A stretch of 32,000 nt of DNA from Fidelibacterota bacterium (GTDB lineage: Bacteria > Fidelibacterota > Marinisomatia > Marinisomatales > SCKK01), in assembly GCA_004124475.1 (NCBI GenBank), contig SCKK01000008.1:8075-40074 (forward strand), given 5' to 3'. Made by a program: the position numbers and the translations under genes. Shown in pieces: positions 25,301-32,000 of the stretch. The notes beneath the pieces are model-generated. The model saw only the letters and a program-made list of their open reading frames with translations, had not been told where the DNA came from and made no database searches. Numbering within the stretch: the stretch's first letter is position 1; every line of letters begins with the position of its first letter.

Positions 25301-25426
25301 AAAACACCCCACGACCATGAAGTCCTCCAACGGCAGATTGATGCCACGGACAAGCAGATAGATCGGTTGGTGTATGAGCTGTATGAGTTGACGGAGGAGG
25401 AGATTGGGATTGTGGAAGGGAAATAG
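25301..25426 (+). pseudogene. Orphan 3'-terminal fragment of a COG1002/Eco57I/PglX-type DNA methyltransferase gene, copy 1
   Basis: Translates as KTPHDHEVLQRQIDATDKQIDRLVYELYELTEEEIGIVEGK*, the characteristic C-terminal helix (IDxLVYxLYxLTxEEIxIVE) of that family. No methyltransferase body lies upstream; tnaA ends 36 nt before it. Confidence 0.65.
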
Positions 25427-25604
25427 CTTGCCAGATATAATTACAAATGTTCTAGTTGCAATCATTGTCGGATTAGTCTTGGCTTATGTAAGGTATTGCT
25501 TTGGTATTAGAAAATTTTGGTTTGAAATGAAAAATTTTTAGCAAAATAAGGAAATAAAAAGAATTGATGGATTGTTGAAAATCCAAAAAGTTCGGGAGTT
25601 TGAT

Positions 25605-26393
25605 ATGTTTGAAAATTATGTTGAAGAACAAAAGGAACTTTTACCTTTTGTTAAAAAACAGTATAACATGTTCCCAAAGTTACAATTGCCCAGTTTCTAT
25701 GAGAGTGGAAATAATTTCATTGAAAGTAGGATAAGAAACAATACAACAAAATGGTGGAGAGAAATTGAGAATTGCGTAGAAGAAATATGTTATGCTTACT
25801 GTTTCTTTAAAGAATATATTTGCCTGAAAGACACATATCATGAAGATGTAGAATCTGATTCATTTAACCGGGCTTATGAAATTCTTCTCTTCGAAATACC
25901 ATTTTGGACAAACAACCTCTTAAGTAGGTTATATTCTTTCAGGGAAAAAATAGCGCACTTAATTTTCTTTTTGAATGACGGTGTGTTGAGGATTGGGAGA
26001 AAAAATAAGAAATATAGGATGCGTGATATTTCATTTAGCAACATTCATCAATCAATTAGAGATTTTTCGCAAAAGGACAAATTGCCAGTTTGGCTTTCTT
26101 ATAATGATAAGGAAGTTATGTTGAAGGCACTTAAAGAATTTGGGTCCGAAGAAGTTAAAAATCTATTGGATATCCGCCACGCATTCATTCATAATTCTTC
26201 ACCGGCTATTGACACAACTGGGACAGGACTATTGCTATTTGGCGGAGAAATGAATGGGGATGGTAATTTCTCAGTAGAAATCGAACGGCCTCCTAATTAT
26301 GATTACCAAACGATAGAAAGTGAATTCTTGAAAATTTGGGAAATATTTAAAGAGAACACGATAAAGATTTCAAGGTTAGAATTTTTTCAGTAA
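25605..26393 (+). CDS. Orphan protein with two Rx4H motifs (putative HEPN-type RNase)
   Basis: ORF-track 25572-26393 (TTG). I prefer ATG 25605, preceded by GGGAG. All-helical-looking sequence with REKIAH (25941-25958) and RHAFIH (26175-26192). AT-rich compared with its neighbours. Confidence 0.45.
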   Translation: MFENYVEEQKELLPFVKKQYNMFPKLQLPSFYESGNNFIESRIRNNTTKWWREIENCVEEICYAYCFFKEYICLKDTYHEDVESDSFNRAYEILLFEIPFWTNNLLSRLYSFREKIAHLIFFLNDGVLRIGRKNKKYRMRDISFSNIHQSIRDFSQKDKLPVWLSYNDKEVMLKALKEFGSEEVKNLLDIRHAFIHNSSPAIDTTGTGLLLFGGEMNGDGNFSVEIERPPNYDYQTIESEFLKIWEIFKENTIKISRLEFFQ

Positions 26394-26420
26394 AATATCG
26401 TAAGCTATCTTGTTTCGACT

Positions 26421-26545
26421 AAAACACCCCACGAACGTGAAGTCCTACAGCGGCAGATTGACCGGTTGGTGCCTGTCCGCCTACTGGCGGATATGAGTTG
26501 TATGAGTTGACGAAGGAGGAAGTTGGGATTGTGAAGAGGGGAAGG
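26421..26545 (+). pseudogene. Methyltransferase 3'-fragment, copy 2 (24-nt deletion, 20-nt palindrome insertion)
   Basis: KTPHEREVLQRQID..RLV[insert]YELYELTKEEVGIV... It lacks the ATDKQIDR-coding 24 nt, is interrupted at 26472-26491, and ends 5 nt before ATG 26551. Confidence 0.65.
26472..26491. repeat. 20-nt palindromic insert CCTGTCCGCCTACTGGCGGA
   Basis: Present in copy 2 between GGTTGGTG and TATGAG, which are contiguous in copy 1 (25365-25378) and in copy 3. This gives a filled site versus empty sites within one window. Confidence 0.75.
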
Positions 26546-26550
26546 AAGAT

Positions 26551-27432
26551 ATGAGAAGAAAATTGGACCAGTATTTCAATAAAATATTCGTGATTGAGTC
26601 ATTAAGGAATAAAGACACAAAAACTGGAAGCGATCTTTATAATAAATATCTTAAGTTGAAAGTGAAACAAATCCAAGGCCTGGAAGCTGAGATAGTAATG
26701 CCGAAAACAAAGCAAGAATTTATTGATTTTCTTGAAAGAGTGTCGAATGAGGTACAAACAACTGATTTGCTTCCAGTATTCCATATTGAGATCCACGGAT
26801 CACCACAAGGATTAGAACTCGGTTCTGGTGAATTAATTGAATGGATGGAAATGTATCCCTTGCTTGTAGATATCAATACCCACATTGAAAATAATCTGCT
26901 AATTACTCTTGCAGTTTGCTGTGGTAACTACCTTACAAGTATTATTCTTCCTACTAAAAGAGCGCCTGTATGGGGCCTGATTAGTATTTGGGAAAAAGCG
27001 TGGGATTATGATATGGCAGTTAGTTTTAAGGAATTCTATGATGAGTTGCTAAGTTCCTTTGATGGTTTCTTTGATGGCGACAAAGCATTGGAAAAACTGA
27101 ATGAAGCTAACCCGGAAATAGGATATAAATACATATTCTATAGCTGCCAAAGGGTATTCCGTATGGCTTATAAGGAGCACTTGGCAAAGAACTACACTCA
27201 GGAAGCTATCAAAGAGAGAACACAAAGGATGTTTGAGAAGGCGCAGAATCAACCCCGATATAGAGGAAGGACCCCAAGGTCTATAAAAACACAACTCAGG
27301 AAAAATTTGTTAGAAAATCGCAGGCCAAAGTTTGAGGAATTCAAAGAAAAGTTTTTCATGTATGATTTATATCCAAAGAATAAGGGTCGATTTATTGTCC
27401 GATTTGAAGATGTCATGGCTGAGAATGATTAA
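26551..27432 (+). CDS. Orphan protein with caspase/CHAT-like His-Gly ... Cys dyad pattern (putative clan CD peptidase fold)
   Basis: 293-aa ORF with SD GGAAGGAAG. Hydrophobic strand KIFVIESL, then LLPVFHIEIHG (H82-G83, 26794-26799), and ~35 aa later NLLITLAVCCG (C123-C124, 26917-26922). A K/R-rich helical C-terminal half. The assignment is by pattern only. Confidence 0.35.
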   Translation: MRRKLDQYFNKIFVIESLRNKDTKTGSDLYNKYLKLKVKQIQGLEAEIVMPKTKQEFIDFLERVSNEVQTTDLLPVFHIEIHGSPQGLELGSGELIEWMEMYPLLVDINTHIENNLLITLAVCCGNYLTSIILPTKRAPVWGLISIWEKAWDYDMAVSFKEFYDELLSSFDGFFDGDKALEKLNEANPEIGYKYIFYSCQRVFRMAYKEHLAKNYTQEAIKERTQRMFEKAQNQPRYRGRTPRSIKTQLRKNLLENRRPKFEEFKEKFFMYDLYPKNKGRFIVRFEDVMAEND

Positions 27433-27517
27433 GTGTTAGGTTTATTCGATGATACTCTCTGTCCGCATGTATCCATCCTAATGAATTTTCGGTTACAAGA
27501 ATCACTTTTCCCCTCAA

Positions 27518-27695
27518 ATGCTGCACGATGAGACGGCTCTCCAGCGGCAGATAGATGCTACGGACAGGCAGATTGATCAATTGGTGTATAAGTTGTATGA
27601 ACTGACGGTGGGGGAGATCCGTCTAATCGAAGAAACGACGGACAATCCACGCCTACACAAGTTACGGCGGACAGGTAGAGATTGTGGAGGCAGGA
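27518..27695 (+). pseudogene. Methyltransferase 3'-fragment, copy 3 (~62-nt insertion)
   Basis: ...HDETALQRQIDATDRQIDQLVYKLYELTVGEI[insert 27619-27680]IVEAG. The ORF-track 72-aa ORF 27518-27736 is this fragment read through. Confidence 0.6.
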
Positions 27696-27715
27696 ACAAA
27701 AAGAGGACTGGGAAG

Positions 27716-28414
27716 AAAGATGACATCTTTTATTAGAATCTTTTTACTACTTGAATTTCAATGAGTGAAAAATCAGACATATTCGTACCAGGATCGTATT
27801 ATCACGTTTATAATCGAGCCGTCACAGGGAGTAAACTCTTCCTCGAGGATAAAAACCATCTGTTTTTCCTTCAAAAGTATGACAAATATTTATCAGATTT
27901 CCTTGATACTTATTGTTATTGCTTATTACCAAATCATTTTCATCTGTTGGTGAGAATTAAGGAGAACAATCTTAATAAAAACCAAAATGATTATGATCAA
28001 AGAATCAGTCAACAGTTTCGAAAATTCTTTATCTCATATGCCATGTCTTTCAACAATCTTTATGATCGCAAGGGTACACTTTTTCAACGGCCCTTTAAGA
28101 GAAAATGGATAGACAGTAAAGAATACCTGGTGTATCTCGTGTATTACATCCATTCAAATCCAGAAAGGCATAGAATTACAGAAGACTTTAAAACATATAA
28201 GTTGAGCTCATATAAAAAAATTCAAGGCACTTATCCAAGCAAATTAAAGCGAAAGGAATTATTGGAATGGTTTGGGGGATTGAAGGAATATGTTAGATTC
28301 CACGAGGAAATTCAGAATATTGACAGAATTAAACATCTAATGATCGATTAGAAAATGTCACTATTAAAAAGAGAAAGAAAAAAGATGACATCTTTTCGAA
28401 AAGATGTCATCTTT
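27716..28414 (+). mobile_element. RAYT unit: IS200-like Y1 transposase gene bracketed by AAAGATGWCATCTTT palindromes
   Basis: Palindrome at 27716-27730 lies 31 nt upstream of the start. A back-to-back pair at 28380-28396 / 28399-28414 begins 29 nt after the stop. Confidence 0.6.
27761..28351 (+). CDS. REP-associated tyrosine transposase-like protein (IS200/COG1943 Y1 HUH family)
   Basis: 196-aa ORF. YYHVYNRAV N-terminal block, HUH motif in LLPNHFHLLVRI, LFQRPFKRK, and the catalytic-Tyr block YLVYYIHSNPERH followed by ...LSSY. Confidence 0.8.
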   Translation: MSEKSDIFVPGSYYHVYNRAVTGSKLFLEDKNHLFFLQKYDKYLSDFLDTYCYCLLPNHFHLLVRIKENNLNKNQNDYDQRISQQFRKFFISYAMSFNNLYDRKGTLFQRPFKRKWIDSKEYLVYLVYYIHSNPERHRITEDFKTYKLSSYKKIQGTYPSKLKRKELLEWFGGLKEYVRFHEEIQNIDRIKHLMID

Positions 28415-28455
28415 AGTAGGTGAATTTATTAAGAAAAAGAAAGGACTATTGATTA

Positions 28456-29628
28456 ATGAAAAAAACTGTCTCTATTTTCACACTAATGATACTGATAACT
28501 GCCTGTGGTGATACCACGGATACATTTCATCACCAGTCATTTGTGGCTGATACCCACAATGATGTATTGCTCCGAGTCATGCAGGGAGAAGATATCTCTC
28601 AGATCACCTCATCCGGCCATTCCGACATTCCCAGGATGCTGGAGGGTGGTATCGATGCGCAGGTTTTTTCCGTATGGGTTAATCCATCGGAATACGGACG
28701 TAACAATTCCTATGACCGGGCGATTGAAATGATAAAAGCGTTAGAGAATATTCAGGAGGCGGTTCCAAACAAGTTTGAAATCACCAAATCTTATGATGAT
28801 CTTCTGCGTATTGAGAAAGCGGGGAAATTGGCAGGAATCATTGGGGTTGAAGGTGGACATGCTATTGAAAACGTTATGGTAAACCTCATTCGCCTCTATC
28901 GTCGTGGGATGCGGTATTTGACACTCACTTGGAATAACTCTACACCATGGGCCACTTCCGCCCTTGATGAGACCAAAAATGAGGATATCCCTTTTCGAGG
29001 ACTAACAGACTTTGGCCGCAAAGTCGTGAAAAAATGCAATGAACTCGGAATTATGATCGATGTATCCCATTTGGGTGAACAGGCATTCTGGGATGTGATA
29101 GAAACAACTACCCAGCCTATCATCGCTTCCCATTCTTGTGTTTATTCCCTCTGCCCCCATTTTCGAAACCTTAAAGATGACCAGTTAAAAGCCATTGGAG
29201 ATAACGGCGGTGTTGTGTTTGTGAATTTTTATCCGGGTTATTTGGATAGCACCTTCAAAGACAAGGCTGATGCGATTGAGGAAACTCATCAAAGAGAGTT
29301 GGATTCGTTGAAAGCACTATATGACGAGGAATCCGATGATTATTGGTACGGGAGCATGGCAATCCTTGGGGAGGAATTAGCGAAAGCAGCCCCCACAGTA
29401 GATGCAGTGATTGATCACATAGATTATATCGCAAAATTAGTAGGCGTTGACCATGTGGGATTGGGATCAGATTTTGATGGCGTGTCTGTGCTTCCCAAGG
29501 GATTAGAGGATTGTACCAAAATGCCTGTGATCACACGAAAACTACTCCACCGTGGTTATTCTAAAGAGGACGTGAGAAAAATCATAGGAGAAAATTTCAG
29601 ACGTATTTTTAAAGAAGTTGTTGGATAA
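28456..29628 (+). CDS. Membrane dipeptidase, peptidase family M19, lipoprotein-type signal
   Basis: 390-aa ORF with LMILITAC lipobox-like signal. FVADTHNDVL, GGIDAQVFSVWV, GVEGGHAIEN, RYLTLTWNNS, IMIDVSHL, IIASHS, and GLGSDFDG metal/active-site blocks. Confidence 0.9.
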   Translation: MKKTVSIFTLMILITACGDTTDTFHHQSFVADTHNDVLLRVMQGEDISQITSSGHSDIPRMLEGGIDAQVFSVWVNPSEYGRNNSYDRAIEMIKALENIQEAVPNKFEITKSYDDLLRIEKAGKLAGIIGVEGGHAIENVMVNLIRLYRRGMRYLTLTWNNSTPWATSALDETKNEDIPFRGLTDFGRKVVKKCNELGIMIDVSHLGEQAFWDVIETTTQPIIASHSCVYSLCPHFRNLKDDQLKAIGDNGGVVFVNFYPGYLDSTFKDKADAIEETHQRELDSLKALYDEESDDYWYGSMAILGEELAKAAPTVDAVIDHIDYIAKLVGVDHVGLGSDFDGVSVLPKGLEDCTKMPVITRKLLHRGYSKEDVRKIIGENFRRIFKEVVG

Positions 29629-29633
29629 AATAG

Positions 29634-29669
29634 AAACATGACATCCGTCAGTTGATGGATGTCATGTTT
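29634..29669. terminator. Bidirectional hairpin terminator between convergent peptidase genes
   Basis: AAACATGACATCC (29634-29646), a 10-nt loop, then GGATGTCATGTTT (29657-29669): a perfect 13-bp stem. The A/T runs are modest. Confidence 0.55.
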
Positions 29670-29677
29670 GATGAAAC

Positions 29678-31303
29678 TTAATACTTAATCCTATCCGGAA
29701 TTTCAGGATATTCCCCGGCGTTAATACGTGGTCGCACATCATTTTGTGATATTCCCCATCCTGTTAAATACACCAACCTTGCAATTTTTTCCGTTTTGGC
29801 GTAATCAATTTTATCTGCTGTGTCAGTGGGTTTGTGGTAATCCTTATGAACGCCTGCAAAGTAAAAGATGATGGGAATTCCATATTGAGCAAAGTTGTAG
29901 TGGTCACTTCGATAATAAAATCGGTTGGGATCATCAAGTGAATTGTACAAGTAATTAAGAAACAGGTTATCAATCTTTCCTGAAGCGTACTCATTGATCT
30001 CATGGAGATCTTCGCTGATCATATTTGAACCGATTATATAGACGCTGTCGGGGGCATTCCGACCGATCATATCGATATTTAGATCGGTAATTGTGTTATC
30101 GAGAGGAAGTAAAGGTTGAGTGGTATAAAACTTTGAGCCTAAGAGACCTTTCTCTTCTCCGGAGACGGCAAGAAACAAAAAACTTCGTTTTGGTGGTGTT
30201 GTATTCCATACAATTGCCTCGGCAATTTCCAACACTGCAGAAGTTCCAGTTCCATTATCATCCGCTCCGTGCCAGATAGAGCCTTTATCATCCACACCCA
30301 GATGGTCATAGTGAGCCGAAATAACAATCGTTTCATGCCCCACTTCCGGATCAACGCCCGGAAATAGTCCTGCCACATTTTGGGTAATGATACTTGTCTT
30401 TTCTATTTCAAGAATAAAGTGAACGTACCGGTCAGGGAGCTCCTGAGCATTCGATTTTCCATCATTTTCCAGCTCAGTTTGCAAATCTCGGAGAGAATTA
30501 CCGGTATTGGCAAGAATCCGATCTGCCGTTCTACTGCTGATAATAAAAAGGGGAACCGATTTTTCGGAGGAAGGTAGTAACATGGTTTCCCGTCGAAGCC
30601 AACGCCTCCATCGTTTGTATTTGTCTGAAAAGATCTCTCCCTTCTTAGGATTGGAGGCAACCAAAAGAGCAGCTACCTTTTTCTCTTTTGCTCTTTTCAA
30701 CTTTTCACGAATATCTGAATGATGAGTGTCTTCATCTCCCTTAAAAGTATCCTCGCTAATATCAGGTTCTCCATCGATGATCAGCACAATCTTGCTGGCG
30801 ACATCCACATTTGCATAATCGTCGTATTCGTATTCAGGCGCAGTAATTCCATAACCGGCGAACACCAAAGGAGCTTTAACCTCTAAACCGTTTACAATCC
30901 CCCGTGAAGAAGAAAAATAATCTTCTCTGTAACTAAATATTTCTTTTACGGTGCTACTCCCCTCTTGGTAGATAAGTGAAAATTGGGGATCACTCTTAAA
31001 CTTGATTTTCAACAGCTCATATTTTTGGAAATAAGATCCATCCGGATTTAATGAAGTAAGACCTAATCTTCTGAACTGTGAGGCGATATATTCTGCAGCT
31101 ATCTGTAAACCTTTTTCTCCTGTCTCCCGACCTTCCAAAGGATCGGAAGATAAAAATGTTATATGTGCACGCAGATCGTTTTGACTGATAGACTGGAGTC
31201 CCGTTTTCACCTCAGACACATCAAAGACGGGAGAGAAATAGATATCGCCCTGGCCGAATAGATGAAGGGGGATGATAAGCAGTGTGAGGATAATTCGTTT
31301 CAA
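29678..31303 (-). CDS. M28-family aminopeptidase with PA (protease-associated) domain, secreted
   Basis: 541-aa ORF with TTG start and a signal peptide. NVAGLFPG...IVISAHYDHLG, GADDNGTGTSAVLEIA, AVSGEEKGLLGS, DLNIDMIG, SDHYNFAQYGIP and YHKPTDT blocks. Confidence 0.9.
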   Translation of the reverse strand: MKRIILTLLIIPLHLFGQGDIYFSPVFDVSEVKTGLQSISQNDLRAHITFLSSDPLEGRETGEKGLQIAAEYIASQFRRLGLTSLNPDGSYFQKYELLKIKFKSDPQFSLIYQEGSSTVKEIFSYREDYFSSSRGIVNGLEVKAPLVFAGYGITAPEYEYDDYANVDVASKIVLIIDGEPDISEDTFKGDEDTHHSDIREKLKRAKEKKVAALLVASNPKKGEIFSDKYKRWRRWLRRETMLLPSSEKSVPLFIISSRTADRILANTGNSLRDLQTELENDGKSNAQELPDRYVHFILEIEKTSIITQNVAGLFPGVDPEVGHETIVISAHYDHLGVDDKGSIWHGADDNGTGTSAVLEIAEAIVWNTTPPKRSFLFLAVSGEEKGLLGSKFYTTQPLLPLDNTITDLNIDMIGRNAPDSVYIIGSNMISEDLHEINEYASGKIDNLFLNYLYNSLDDPNRFYYRSDHYNFAQYGIPIIFYFAGVHKDYHKPTDTADKIDYAKTEKIARLVYLTGWGISQNDVRPRINAGEYPEIPDRIKY

Positions 31304-31396
31304 ATCGATATAAAGTTAATGAGATGATGTGAAAGAAAAAAGGGTGGATGTCTCGAACCTATACGCTTTAATTTTCACCAGTGATCGGAGGATAAA

Positions 31397-32000
31397 ATGC
31401 AAGGATTGAATAATAAGATTGTTGTTGTAACTGGAGCGGGTCAGGGGATAGGGAAAGCTACAGCAATTCGGTTTGCCAATGAAGGTAGCAAAGTAGTAGT
31501 GGCGGAATATAATTCAACAACTGGGAAGGCTGTGTCTGACACGATTGCGGAAAGTGGTGAGAATTCGCTATTTGTTCAAGTGGACATCAGCAATAGAAAA
31601 AGCGTGCAGAAGATGGTTTCTGCGACGGTGAGGGAATTTGGAAGAATAGATGTCTTGGTAAATAATGCCGGTGTGATTGATGATGTTACACTGAAAAAGA
31701 TGACGGATGAGCAATTCGATCGGGTAGTCAATGTGAATATGAAAGGTACTTTTATTTGTACTCAAGAGGTAGCAACTATAATGCGGGAGCAAGAATACGG
31801 TGTTATATTAAATGCTGCCTCGGTAGTTGCCCTATATGGGAATTTTGGACAAACCAATTATGTGGCATCGAAAGCGGGTATTATTGGAATGACCAAGGTA
31901 TGGGCTCGGGAGTTAGGGAAATACAACATCCGTGTGAATGCTGTAGCGCCAGGATTTATTCAGACAGACATGGTAAAAGATATTCCCGAGGAAGTTTTAA
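31397..32000 (+). CDS. Short-chain dehydrogenase/reductase, 3-oxoacyl-ACP reductase (FabG)-like; 3' end beyond the window
   Basis: Not in the ORF track because there is no stop in the window. My translation from ATG 31397 reads MQGLNNKIVVVTGAGQGIGKA...NNAG...SVVALYGNFGQTNYVASKAG...NAVAPGFIQTDM. These are the TGxxxGxG, NNAG and S/YxxxK SDR motifs. Confidence 0.85.
   Translation, partial: MQGLNNKIVVVTGAGQGIGKATAIRFANEGSKVVVAEYNSTTGKAVSDTIAESGENSLFVQVDISNRKSVQKMVSATVREFGRIDVLVNNAGVIDDVTLKKMTDEQFDRVVNVNMKGTFICTQEVATIMREQEYGVILNAASVVALYGNFGQTNYVASKAGIIGMTKVWARELGKYNIRVNAVAPGFIQTDMVKDIPEEVL

Noticed and set aside
25301-27695. The three ~125-nt repeats considered as DGR template/variable repeats, or as integron attC sites
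   Set aside because: Differences between copies are not adenine-specific, and no reverse transcriptase is present. The segments are direct coding-derived repeats, not imperfect palindromes, and no IntI-type integrase is in the window.
31568-31792. 74-aa ORF on the - strand
   Set aside because: It is antisense to the clearly coding FabG-like SDR frame (31397 to the window end).

Overview
32-kb window of a bacterial chromosome. It uses Shine-Dalgarno sites, has many TTG/GTG starts and AT-rich spacers. The lineage cannot be determined from the sequence alone; the gene content suggests an uncultured, peptide-scavenging Gram-negative (inference). Contents in order: (1) a GT2 glycosyltransferase, a radical-SAM/SPASM-like protein and a UPF0104-like membrane protein (315-3281). 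(2) A ~970-bp ORF-free spacer ending in GC-rich hairpin repeats. (3) Gamma-glutamyltransferase (-), a DUF1028 protein and threonine synthase. (4) Decayed remnants of a TonB-dependent receptor paralogue beside an intact 1127-aa Oar-like TonB-dependent receptor (-). (5) Rhodanese, an FmdB zinc ribbon protein and HicA/HicB. (6) The most striking feature: a tightly packed seven-gene + strand operon (15093-22669) with a near-consensus sigma70-type promoter and an intrinsic terminator. It encodes three secreted coiled-coil/TPR envelope proteins, then MotA, MotB, a reduced FliF-like protein and a FliG-like protein. No other flagellar gene lies in the window. (7) A DUF481-like outer-membrane protein and a tryptophanase-family lyase. 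(8) An accessory islet (25270-28420). Three diverged copies of the last ~40 codons of a COG1002/Eco57I/PglX-type methyltransferase bracket two orphan genes, one with a double Rx4H HEPN-like motif and one with a caspase-fold-like His/Cys dyad. The islet abuts an IS200-like Y1 transposase of the RAYT type flanked by AAAGATGWCATCTTT palindromes. (9) An M19 dipeptidase, an M28 aminopeptidase (-) and a partial FabG-like SDR. No rRNA, tRNA or CRISPR array was seen. All family assignments come from motif recognition by eye and need profile-HMM confirmation.
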